A DNA stretch of 64,000 nucleotides from Candidatus Saccharibacteria bacterium UBA3304 (GTDB lineage Bacteria > Patescibacteriota > Saccharimonadia > Saccharimonadales > Saccharimonadaceae): positions 376 through 64,375 of the forward strand of contig DESW01000014.1 in the NCBI GenBank assembly GCA_002361425.1. The letters are read 5' to 3'. Positions 51,443 to 60,329 of the stretch are shown one piece after another. The translations under genes and the position numbers were made by a program. Every line of letters starts with the position of its first letter. Position 1 is the stretch's first letter. The notes under the pieces were generated by a model. That model was given only the letters and a program-made list of their open reading frames with translations, did not search any database and had not been told where the DNA came from.

Positions 51443-52876
51443 ATGGCAACTCTAAAAGATTTCCGCGATGAAAGAATTCGCAAACTAAATGAATTAAAAG
51501 AAGCTGGTATTGATCCATATCCAGCACACTCTAATCGCGACACCAAGATTGGTGATATTTTGGAGCATTTTGATTCTTATAACGAAAAGGATGTTTGTGT
51601 TGCTGGTCGCATCGCAAGCATTCGTAGCTTTGGTAAACTTGCTTTCGTCGTTATCGAAGACGATTCTGGCAGGATTCAGATTTTCTTGAAGGATGACGCT
51701 GCTAAATTTACAAAGAAGCTCGATACTGGTGATTTTCTCGAAGCTGCCGGCAAAGTTGGTCAGACTAAGACCGGCGAAATCTCCGTTTTCTGCGACATGC
51801 CACGCATTCTTACGAAGGCTTTGCGCCCACTTCCAGGCCGTGATGGCTTCACTAATAAGGAAGAGCGTCTCCGCCGCCGTTATGTCGATATGGCTGTTAA
51901 TCCAGAAGTTCGCGAGCGTTTTATTCGCCGCGCAAAATTCTGGACTGCAACTCGTCAGTTCTTGAACGACCACGGCTTTGTTGAGATAAATATTCCAGTT
52001 CTCGAAACTACGACCGGTGGTGCAGATGCAAACCCATTTGTTACTCACATGGATGCACTTGATCAGGATTTCTATCTCCGCATTTCTCACGAGCTTCCAC
52101 TAAAACGTTTGATTGGTGGTGGCTACGAGAAAGTTTACGATATTGGTCCACGTTTTCGTAACGAAGGTATGGATGAAGAACATCTTCCAGAACATATCGC
52201 AATGGAGTCCTACGCTGCTTACCAGGATTACGAAGAGGGCATGGATCTCTATGAAGAAATGATTAAATATGTCTGCAAAGAAACTTGGGGTACGCTCCAG
52301 TTCGAGCATGACGGCATGAAGGTTGATCTCGACTGTAAATGGCCACGCATCAGCTATGCGGATATTCTTCGCGAGAAATTCGATGTTGATGTGTTCAATC
52401 CTGATCTTGACCAGGTCAAAGCAATCCTTCGCAAGAATGGCGTAAAATATGACGATTCTATGGGTGCTGGTCGCTTGCTCGATTATCTTTGGAAGATTAT
52501 TCGCAAGGAAAGCGCTGGCCCATTCTGGCTTATTCATGAACCAGTTGAGCTGTCTCCACTTGCTAAGAAGCATGAAGCTGACCCACGCGTCACCGAGCGC
52601 TTTCATCCAGTCATTTTCGGCACTGAGATGGGCAATGGCTATTCCGAGTTAAACGATCCACTCGACCAGCTCGAACGCTTCGAGAAGCAGCAGGCTATGC
52701 GCGACGCTGGCGATGCTGAAGCTCAGATGCTCGATATGGACTTCGTCGAAATGCTTGAATACGGTATGCCTCCAACTTGTGGTTGGGGTAACTCCGAGCG
52801 CAACTTCTGGCTCTTCGAAGGTGTTTCTGCCCGCGAAGGTGTTCCATTCCCGCCAATGCGCCGCGATGATAATTAA
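51443..52876 (+). CDS. lysS: Lysine--tRNA ligase (class II)
   Basis: GGADANPF, YLRISHEL, FRNEG, YSELNDP and LEYGMPP motifs. Confidence 0.96.
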   Translation: MATLKDFRDERIRKLNELKEAGIDPYPAHSNRDTKIGDILEHFDSYNEKDVCVAGRIASIRSFGKLAFVVIEDDSGRIQIFLKDDAAKFTKKLDTGDFLEAAGKVGQTKTGEISVFCDMPRILTKALRPLPGRDGFTNKEERLRRRYVDMAVNPEVRERFIRRAKFWTATRQFLNDHGFVEINIPVLETTTGGADANPFVTHMDALDQDFYLRISHELPLKRLIGGGYEKVYDIGPRFRNEGMDEEHLPEHIAMESYAAYQDYEEGMDLYEEMIKYVCKETWGTLQFEHDGMKVDLDCKWPRISYADILREKFDVDVFNPDLDQVKAILRKNGVKYDDSMGAGRLLDYLWKIIRKESAGPFWLIHEPVELSPLAKKHEADPRVTERFHPVIFGTEMGNGYSELNDPLDQLERFEKQQAMRDAGDAEAQMLDMDFVEMLEYGMPPTCGWGNSERNFWLFEGVSAREGVPFPPMRRDDN

Positions 52877-54575
52877 TGAGGTTCAAGAACAAGTGATTAG
52901 TAAAATACGCAACATTTTTGGAACGATATATAAACATGAAAAACTCTTCGTTCCGCTTGCGATTTTGCTATTTACGATAATTCTATCCATACCGCTACTT
53001 AGAACCGGCTATAGTGTCGGGCACGATTCAGAATATCATATCGTGTCTATCATTGGCTTGTCTGACTCTACTGACGGCAAGATTCTTACTGGCATGCAGG
53101 GTAACCTTGGTTTTGGCGAGGGCATTTTCTATCCGCAGCTTAGCCACTATATTGGCGTATTTTTCTATAGAATTATCGGTCCGTTAGGCTTTTCTGCGCT
53201 ATTAGCGGCGAAGATTGCGAATATCTTCATGCTGTTCTGCTCTGGTCTAGCGATGTATATATTTTTGCGCGCTATTCTAGGCGAGAAGGCCAAGTGGCGC
53301 AATATGCTTGCGACCTATCTATATATGGGTGCAACTTACCATATATCATGTATTCTGATTCGCGATGCGATGGCTGAGACCGCGCTTTATATTTTCATTC
53401 CAATAGTTGCTCTCAGTATCTTCTATCTCGTGAAGAGCAATTATAAGAAGTTTCTTCTCGCATTCGTAATTGGCGTTGTCGGCTGTATGAATTCTCACCT
53501 AGTGCTCACTGTTTGGCTAGCAATGCTTTGTTTCGTATTTGCAATCTACAAGCGCAAAGAAATTTTTACCAAGAAGAATGTTTTATATGTCTTGCTCGGC
53601 AGCGCAATAGTATTGTTAATTACGCTTTCGTTCTGGGGGTACATGCTGATTTGTAAGGGCGCCTGCGACTATTACGTATTTAGCGACAAGATGGTCACGA
53701 ATGGTTTTGGTCGCGCACATGTAGAGCTGAAGTTCCTACTGCAACCGATGGATAGTATTAGTAGCATTCGCTTCTGCTTGGATATTGTAGCTTTAGTTTT
53801 CTGTACTTATATGGCATTCTTTACGAAGAAAATTAATGAAAAATATCGCGGCATTGTTAGATTTAACTTGATTTTAATTGCAGCTCTAATGGTATTAGTT
53901 TGCGGTATAATACCGATTCAGGTTTGGCCGAGACTATTTAGTACGATTCAGTTTGCTTGGAGACTGGTAACCTTCATGGTGTTCTTGTTGGCATTTTCGT
54001 TAGCGATTTGTCTGTCCTACGTACCGAAGAATCATGTTCCGGTGCTAAGTGCAGTCATTATTGCTTCTGTTCTCGTGAATGCCTTTTCAGTAAACGGATA
54101 TGTAAAACTTGTCGACACCGTCAATCAGCTAAATCGTACAAACCCGGACTATTTGCCAATGGCTATGCTTAACGATTATCGTGAAGGCAGAGGTTACGTT
54201 GTTGATACGGAGCGCATTGTTTTGAAGCCAGAATTCGGAAAAGCTGAAATTAGAAATATGGTTGATAATGCTGCGAACTTAGACTTCGATATAGAGACAG
54301 AATCTAAGACCAAGGTCTCATTGCCGCGTACATACTATTGGGGCTATGAAGCGACTATAGAATATGCAAGCGGGGAAGTTGAAACGGTTGACGCGAAGTG
54401 TGATGAGCATGGTTATGTGATGCTTAAAATTAATGGAACGGCCCACGTCAAGCTGCGCTATACTGGCAGGGCAGTGTTGCCGCTCATGCGCATTATTAGC
54501 GTCGTGTCAGTAACCAGTTTCGCCGGTACTTATGTCGTGATGTATCTTTGCGATCGAAAAAAGAGCCAAAAATAA
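52866..54575 (+). CDS. Polytopic membrane protein, GT-C-like (PTPS-related/YfhO-like)
   Basis: GHDSEYH, IFYPQL, IQFAWRL and LPRTYYWGY motifs; many TM segments. Confidence 0.65.
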   Translation: MIINEVQEQVISKIRNIFGTIYKHEKLFVPLAILLFTIILSIPLLRTGYSVGHDSEYHIVSIIGLSDSTDGKILTGMQGNLGFGEGIFYPQLSHYIGVFFYRIIGPLGFSALLAAKIANIFMLFCSGLAMYIFLRAILGEKAKWRNMLATYLYMGATYHISCILIRDAMAETALYIFIPIVALSIFYLVKSNYKKFLLAFVIGVVGCMNSHLVLTVWLAMLCFVFAIYKRKEIFTKKNVLYVLLGSAIVLLITLSFWGYMLICKGACDYYVFSDKMVTNGFGRAHVELKFLLQPMDSISSIRFCLDIVALVFCTYMAFFTKKINEKYRGIVRFNLILIAALMVLVCGIIPIQVWPRLFSTIQFAWRLVTFMVFLLAFSLAICLSYVPKNHVPVLSAVIIASVLVNAFSVNGYVKLVDTVNQLNRTNPDYLPMAMLNDYREGRGYVVDTERIVLKPEFGKAEIRNMVDNAANLDFDIETESKTKVSLPRTYYWGYEATIEYASGEVETVDAKCDEHGYVMLKINGTAHVKLRYTGRAVLPLMRIISVVSVTSFAGTYVVMYLCDRKKSQK

Positions 54576-54621
54576 AATACTTATGCTTCCATGCTCGCCT
54601 ACTGGGTGCTAAATTAGGCGC

Positions 54622-55485
54622 ATGAATTATATAAAAACTACTATTAATCATCCTTTTCTAGAAATCCTTGAATGCTGCGGCGAGAATACTGAAGTAAATC
54701 AGCCTGTAAAATGACTCTGGTATCAGGGTGAGTTGCCGCTGAATCGCCCACCCGTCGTGGCGATTATTGGTGCGCGACGCTGTACGAAATATGGCGAGGA
54801 TATTGCTTATCATGCGGCATATGAATTGGCTCAACATGGCGTCGTAATAGTTAGCGGCATGGCATATGGCATCGACGCTTGTGCGCATCGCGGCTGTCTA
54901 GATGCGGGCGGCACGACGATTGCGGTGCTTGGCACGGCAATCGATAATCTCTACCCGCGCAGTAATTTCGGACTCGCCCAACGTATATTGGAGAAAGGCG
55001 CGATAATCTCTGAATATGGGCCTGGAATCGAAACGCGTGCCTACTACTTTCAGATCCGCAATCGTATCGTATCCGGCTTGGCTGACGCGGTGCTAATTGT
55101 TGAGGCGGCCCTCAACTCTGGTACTTTTGGCACTTATGATTTCGCGCTCAAGCAGGGAAAAGATATCTTTGCGGTCCCGGCGGATATTACGCGGCCAATG
55201 TCGGCCGGAACGAACCAGATGCTGCGTGAAGCGGCTAATCCATATATTGACGTATCGGATATTCTGATTCGTTTTAGTATGAATAAACAAAAAGTTGAGC
55301 GCGACCTGTCGGGCTTAAATGAGATCGAACGGGAAGTTTATCGACTAATTGAAGACGGAATCGGAAACGCAGATGAGATTGTGCTGCGACTGAATCTAAC
55401 GGCAGTTGAATTTAATTGTGCCATTACGACGCTCGAGCTCGGCGGATATGTGGTGCGACTAGGCGAAGCTTGGGTTTCTCGATAA
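54622..55485 (+). pseudogene. dprA: DNA-processing protein DprA interrupted by in-frame TGA at 54712-54714
   Basis: VAIIGAR, VSGMAYGID, RNRIVSGL and VEAALNSG motifs; frame continues upstream to ATG 54622 through a single TGA (PVK*LWYQGELP). Confidence 0.75.
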
Positions 55486-55509
55486 TGCTTATGCTATAAT
55501 ATAAGTATT

Positions 55510-56421
55510 ATGGCAAACAAAGTAATGATTGTCGGCACTGGTAACGTCGGTATGAGCTATGGCTACGCACTCGTTCATCAGCGTACTGACGTAAACGAAT
55601 TAGTATTAGTAGACATTAATACCGAAGATGCCGAGGGCGAGGCAATCGATTTGCGTGACTGTCTTGCAGTCGCACCAAGCTATCTCAAGATTTCCGCTGG
55701 TAGCTATGCCGACGCGCATGACTGCGATATCGTCGTTATTACGGCAGGTATCCCGCAGAAACCAGGCGAATCTCGCATGGATCTTCTAAAGAAAAATGCA
55801 GCCATCTTCAAAGATATGGTTGGTCAAATTATGGCATCTGGCTTCGATGGTATTTTCCTCGTCGTCAGTAACCCAATGGATGTGCTTACTTATCTTACTT
55901 GGCGCTATTCTGGCTTACCTCCAGAAAGAGTTATCGGTTCCGGTACCGTACTTGATACTGCACGCTTGCGCTACCGCTTGTCTCAGCGCCTACATATTCA
56001 TCCGAAGAACATTCACGCTTATCAAGTTGGCGAGCACGGCGATACTGAGTTTGCTCTCTGGAGCTGCGCTACTGCCGGCGGCCAGCCAATCATGGATCTC
56101 GTCAATGGTGATGATCGTACTGAAATTGAAGACTATGCTCGTAAAGAAGCCTATACGATTATCGAGAAGAAGGGCGCAACTTATTACGGCATCGGCTCCT
56201 GCTTGGCGATGATTACTAACTGTATTCTCGGCGACGAGAACCGTATTCTCACGATTAGCAACTATGATGAGTTGAGCGACACTTATAATGGCTACCCAGC
56301 AGTGTTGGGCCGCAATGGCGTTGTTCGCCGTCTAGGTTTGCAGATTTCTGCCGATGAGCAGATTCGCCTTAATGGCAGTATTCGCGCACTTCGCGCCGCC
56401 ATCGATGAGGTGACAGAGTAG
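55510..56421 (+). CDS. ldh: L-lactate dehydrogenase
   Basis: GTGNVG, AGIPQKPGESRMDL (Gln specificity residue), LDTARL, GEHGD and KGATYYGIG motifs. Confidence 0.93.
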   Translation: MANKVMIVGTGNVGMSYGYALVHQRTDVNELVLVDINTEDAEGEAIDLRDCLAVAPSYLKISAGSYADAHDCDIVVITAGIPQKPGESRMDLLKKNAAIFKDMVGQIMASGFDGIFLVVSNPMDVLTYLTWRYSGLPPERVIGSGTVLDTARLRYRLSQRLHIHPKNIHAYQVGEHGDTEFALWSCATAGGQPIMDLVNGDDRTEIEDYARKEAYTIIEKKGATYYGIGSCLAMITNCILGDENRILTISNYDELSDTYNGYPAVLGRNGVVRRLGLQISADEQIRLNGSIRALRAAIDEVTE

Positions 56422-56552
56422 GTCTATTGACTTTTTGCTAAATCTGTGCTATAGTAGAAATATATACATTACTTACAAGGATAGCCGTTCGGTAGGGGAA
56501 CGGTTATTTTTGTGGATTTGCTAAAACACTAAAAACATTATAAAATATAGAA

Positions 56553-57329
56553 ATGGAATTATTTATTATTATTTTACTTTCGGCAATTTTCGCCGAAACG
56601 AGTGCACTTACGGTCCGTGAATTTGCTCGTAAGTGCGCTCCAACGAAGAATGCACGTCGCAAACTCTTCGTCGATACATCAACTTTAATGGACGGCCGCA
56701 TCCTCTCAGTTGCAAAGGCTGGCTTTCTCGGTGATGAGGTTCTTATTCCTCGTTCTGTCATTCGCGAACTTCAGCTTTTGGCTGATGGCAGCGATAGCGA
56801 AAAGCGTGCCCGTGCTCGCTTTGGTCTCGATGTAGCTAATGAGCTTGAGCGCGTAGAATTAGCTAGTGTCGAGATCTTTCAGGATGAAGGTGAACGCGTC
56901 AAAGTTGACGAGCGCCTTCTCGCTCTTGCCAAGGAATATCATGGCGTAATTCTTACGAATGACTTTAATCTCGCAAAGGTTGCCGCTACTGAAAAAATCG
57001 ATGCGATCAACATTAATGAGCTCGCTCAGGGCCTGCGCAGTGAATATCTCCCGGGCGATAAGCTTAGTGTAAAGATTGTTTCCGCAGGCGCTAATCCACG
57101 CCAAGGCGTTGCGCATTTAGCGGACGGCACTATGGTTGTTGTTGATGATGCGGAACGTTATGCTGGTAAGAATCAGATGGTAGAGATTGAGTTTGTTCGC
57201 TATCTTCAGACCGCTGCCGGCAAGATGATGTTTGCTAAACTTGCCGAACCAAAACGCGCGAAGAAAGAACATAATACGCCAAAGAAAACTACCGGTCGCA
57301 ATCGCCGTAATAGCGTTAAGGGTAAATAA
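56553..57329 (+). CDS. PIN/TRAM domain protein (YacL-like)
   Basis: DTSTLMDGRI, ELQLLAD, TNDFNLAKVA, DGTMVVV and QTAAGKMMFA motifs. Confidence 0.9.
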   Translation: MELFIIILLSAIFAETSALTVREFARKCAPTKNARRKLFVDTSTLMDGRILSVAKAGFLGDEVLIPRSVIRELQLLADGSDSEKRARARFGLDVANELERVELASVEIFQDEGERVKVDERLLALAKEYHGVILTNDFNLAKVAATEKIDAININELAQGLRSEYLPGDKLSVKIVSAGANPRQGVAHLADGTMVVVDDAERYAGKNQMVEIEFVRYLQTAAGKMMFAKLAEPKRAKKEHNTPKKTTGRNRRNSVKGK

Positions 57330-57366
57330 AAAATCCCCCGTCAATGCGGGGGATTTTTGATGAAGA

Positions 57367-60102
57367 CTATTTTTTGCTCCAGTTTGCCGTTACGGAGTAA
57401 CCGGCTGTATCGGTTACGCGTACCGAAGCACTGGTTGGCTCTTCGGAAGTATCATAAGTGACTGTGCCACTTGCGCTAATCTCGCCGCTCTTGGCAGCAG
57501 TACCGTTGACGCTAATAGTGTAACTCTGGAGGTAATAACGACCATATGAAATACTTGCCGTTACTGTCCAGGTCCCATTTCCGTTATTCTTTACGTCGAT
57601 GCTTGCATGCGGTTTTGCGTCGCTACAACTATGGACGTCATCTTCGTTTTCGGTATCATAACCGCCAGCGTAGTAAGTCTCTTTCTTAGTCATTGGATCG
57701 ATAATTTTCGAAACCGTGACATCGATACGAGTTTCAGCTGGGGTACAGTCGGTAGCTTTCTTCTTGGAAATACTATCGAAAGTCATCGTTTCGTTAGTGA
57801 TACCGGAAGATTTGGTCTTGTTGTACCAGCTTGGCCAGATATCGTTCTTGCCATTAACGCTCATGTGCTGCATGCCGCTAGGTTCGTTAATCTTCATGCC
57901 TGCATGCCACTTGCCGTCTGGGCCATAAACCTCGGTATGGACACGGTCGATGTAGTTTGCGCTAATCTTGAAACAGACATCGTGGTTGCCGTTACTGAGT
58001 GCGCGACCGTCATGGTTGCCGTTCCAAATTGCCGTAGCAAGAACTGGAGAATAAGAGAGTAGCCAGGAATCCTTTGCCTTGCTTGCGCCATTATCGGTAG
58101 TACCAGTCTTTGCTGCGTACCAAGTCTTATTAGAGGTCCAGCCGAAACCGGACTGCGATGCGAGGCTACCGAAAGTGAAGCGACGAGCGGGGACGTCGGA
58201 GAGGATACTGGTGACCATGTAGGCGACCTGTTCGTCGACTACGCGTGTGCCCGCAGAATCAGCCCAAGATTCAATTACGTCGCCGGTTGCGTTCTTAACT
58301 TCAAGGACATAAGCCAAATCTTTGTAAACGCCGCCACGTGCTAGGGAGGCATATGCGTTTGCGTGCTCAACTGGACGGACGCCACAACCACCACCGATAC
58401 CCATGGAGAGACCAGCGGTTTCGCCGTTTGCACAGTAAGAGACGTCGCCGAGCTTATGCGCGATATCAAGGCTATTCTCGATACCATTAATATATAGTGC
58501 CTTAACTGCAGGAATGTTTAGAGAGCCCGCAAGCGCTTGACGAATAGTAGTATCGCCATAGAAACGACCGGACGCGTTGCGCAATTTACAACGACCGACG
58601 TTACCGGAACAATAGAGTCTATCGATGTTTTCGTCGCGTAGAATCGTGCCAGGCGCATAGTTGATGCCGTCGCGCTGAATGAAGAGTGGCGCGTAATCAA
58701 GAATAGGCTTAATGGAGGAGGCTGGCTCAAGGAGAGAAGTTGCAGCGTTTACCTGACCATAGCCGGCCTTGTTCCAGTCGTAGCTGCCGACCATTGCGAT
58801 AACCTGGCTAGTCTCAACATCGACGGAAACCAAAGTTGCGTTATCGGATCTGTTCTTGTAGAAGATAGTCGAACCTTGATAAACTGCATCTTCGGCAATC
58901 TTCTGTGCGCGATAATCGAGCGTGGTTTTAATCGTGAAGCCGCCTTCGCGCATGGTCTTGATACCATACTTAGCTTCGAGCTGAGACTTAACTTCAAGTA
59001 CGAACCAAGGAGCTTTAATGCCAACATACTGGTCAGCTTCTGGCTTAATCTTTGCAATAATATCGACCGCCTTTGCTTCTTTCATCTGCTCCTCGGTAAT
59101 ATAGCCCATATCCTTCATTGCGTTAAGGACATAGTCTTTACGGTTAAGGAGATCTTTATGATAGGTCGTATTGTATGGATTGAAACGACCTGGGTTGTTT
59201 GGAATTGCTGCGAGTAATGCAGATTCAGCGAGATCCAAATCCTTGGCGCTCTTACCGAAGTAAGTCTGAGCTGCGGACTCTACGCCATTACGACGACCAC
59301 CATATGGTGACTCGTTGAGGTAAAGCGTAATAATCTGCTCCTTGTCGTACATCTTCTCGACTTCGATTGCGAGAATGGCTTCCTTAATCTTGCGTGGAAT
59401 ACCGCTGATGCCGCGGTCCTGTGCTTCTTCGGAGAAGTAGACCTGCTTAATGAGCTGCTGGGTCAGAGTAGAACCACCCTGGACCTGCTTGCCGGAAAGC
59501 GTACTGAATGCTGCGCGAACGAGAGCGCCGAAATCAATACCGATGTGGTTATAGAAGTTTCTATCCTCAGCTGCGACAGTTGCTTGGCGCATGTAGGTAG
59601 AGATGTCGCCGCCATCAACAACGAGACGATAGTCGCCGCTACCTTTATCTTCCCAAAGCACTTCGCCGTTACGGTCGAGATAGACGTTAACAGTATCCTG
59701 GACGCGGTTTGCAAGTTCTTCTGGATCAATCTCGGACAAATCTTTCTTGAAGTAAAGGAAGAGACCGCCAATTGCAATAATAACAATTAGGATGAAAGCA
59801 ACAAAAATCTTCAAAAGGCGAATCTGGTTTTCCTTCGAGAACCACCATTTAAAGAAGCGGTCCGGACGAAGTCTAGCCAAGAAACGCAAAAAAGGATTCT
59901 TAGGTAGCTTTGCTAGTTCCTCAGCTTTTTTACGTGCACGCTGATCTTGTTTTACGCGGCGCTTATAAGCGAGGTTTGAATACAAACTCATGCCATTCTT
60001 TTTGGAAGAATGCGACTTCTGGGCTTCTTTATCGGCCTTCTTCACACTCTTTTTCTTTTCAATGGCTTTCTTGATATTATTCGCAGTTTTCTTAATTGCC
60101 AT
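57367..60102 (-). CDS. Class A penicillin-binding protein (transglycosylase/transpeptidase)
   Basis: EDRNFYNH, GGSTLTQQL and RKIKE; SSIK, SLN and KTG motifs. Confidence 0.94.
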   Translation of the reverse strand: MAIKKTANNIKKAIEKKKSVKKADKEAQKSHSSKKNGMSLYSNLAYKRRVKQDQRARKKAEELAKLPKNPFLRFLARLRPDRFFKWWFSKENQIRLLKIFVAFILIVIIAIGGLFLYFKKDLSEIDPEELANRVQDTVNVYLDRNGEVLWEDKGSGDYRLVVDGGDISTYMRQATVAAEDRNFYNHIGIDFGALVRAAFSTLSGKQVQGGSTLTQQLIKQVYFSEEAQDRGISGIPRKIKEAILAIEVEKMYDKEQIITLYLNESPYGGRRNGVESAAQTYFGKSAKDLDLAESALLAAIPNNPGRFNPYNTTYHKDLLNRKDYVLNAMKDMGYITEEQMKEAKAVDIIAKIKPEADQYVGIKAPWFVLEVKSQLEAKYGIKTMREGGFTIKTTLDYRAQKIAEDAVYQGSTIFYKNRSDNATLVSVDVETSQVIAMVGSYDWNKAGYGQVNAATSLLEPASSIKPILDYAPLFIQRDGINYAPGTILRDENIDRLYCSGNVGRCKLRNASGRFYGDTTIRQALAGSLNIPAVKALYINGIENSLDIAHKLGDVSYCANGETAGLSMGIGGGCGVRPVEHANAYASLARGGVYKDLAYVLEVKNATGDVIESWADSAGTRVVDEQVAYMVTSILSDVPARRFTFGSLASQSGFGWTSNKTWYAAKTGTTDNGASKAKDSWLLSYSPVLATAIWNGNHDGRALSNGNHDVCFKISANYIDRVHTEVYGPDGKWHAGMKINEPSGMQHMSVNGKNDIWPSWYNKTKSSGITNETMTFDSISKKKATDCTPAETRIDVTVSKIIDPMTKKETYYAGGYDTENEDDVHSCSDAKPHASIDVKNNGNGTWTVTASISYGRYYLQSYTISVNGTAAKSGEISASGTVTYDTSEEPTSASVRVTDTAGYSVTANWSKK

Positions 60103-60170
60103 AATTACATCTATTATACACTACCAAGCTTAATTCGTCAGAAAAATAACCATAAGCACTTCAATACATC

Positions 60171-60318
60171 GTGCAATAAAAGCCCTTCAAGTTAGGGCGC
60201 TATTCGGAGGCTCTACGGAGGCGACGGCCGAGTAGAAGCAGTGTCCGCCCGTAACGACGGGCCGGACGACTGATGTGCCTCTGAAAAGTGCCCTGACGAG
60301 AAGGGTATTTTATTGTAT
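60171..60318 (+). repeat. Structured intergenic element, copy 3
   Basis: Outer arms gcccttc..gttagggcgct.ttcggaggc / gcctctgaa.agtgccctgac..gaagggt; same apex core as copies 1 and 2. Confidence 0.85.
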
Positions 60319-60329
60319 AATTATTAATT

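Noticed and set aside
52713..52865. Long N-terminal extension of the GT-C-like ORF overlapping lysS
   Set aside because: Artefact of the longest-ORF call; ATG 52866 near the lysS stop is more plausible.
54712..54714. Genetic code 25 (TGA=Gly) as explanation for the dprA stop
   Set aside because: TGA clearly terminates other genes (27696-27698, 13999-14001, 7176-7178, 8177-8179) and no other core gene shows internal TGA.
60270..60300. Hammerhead-like CTGA..GA words in element copy 3
   Set aside because: Not conserved in copies 1 and 2 and mostly within paired arms.
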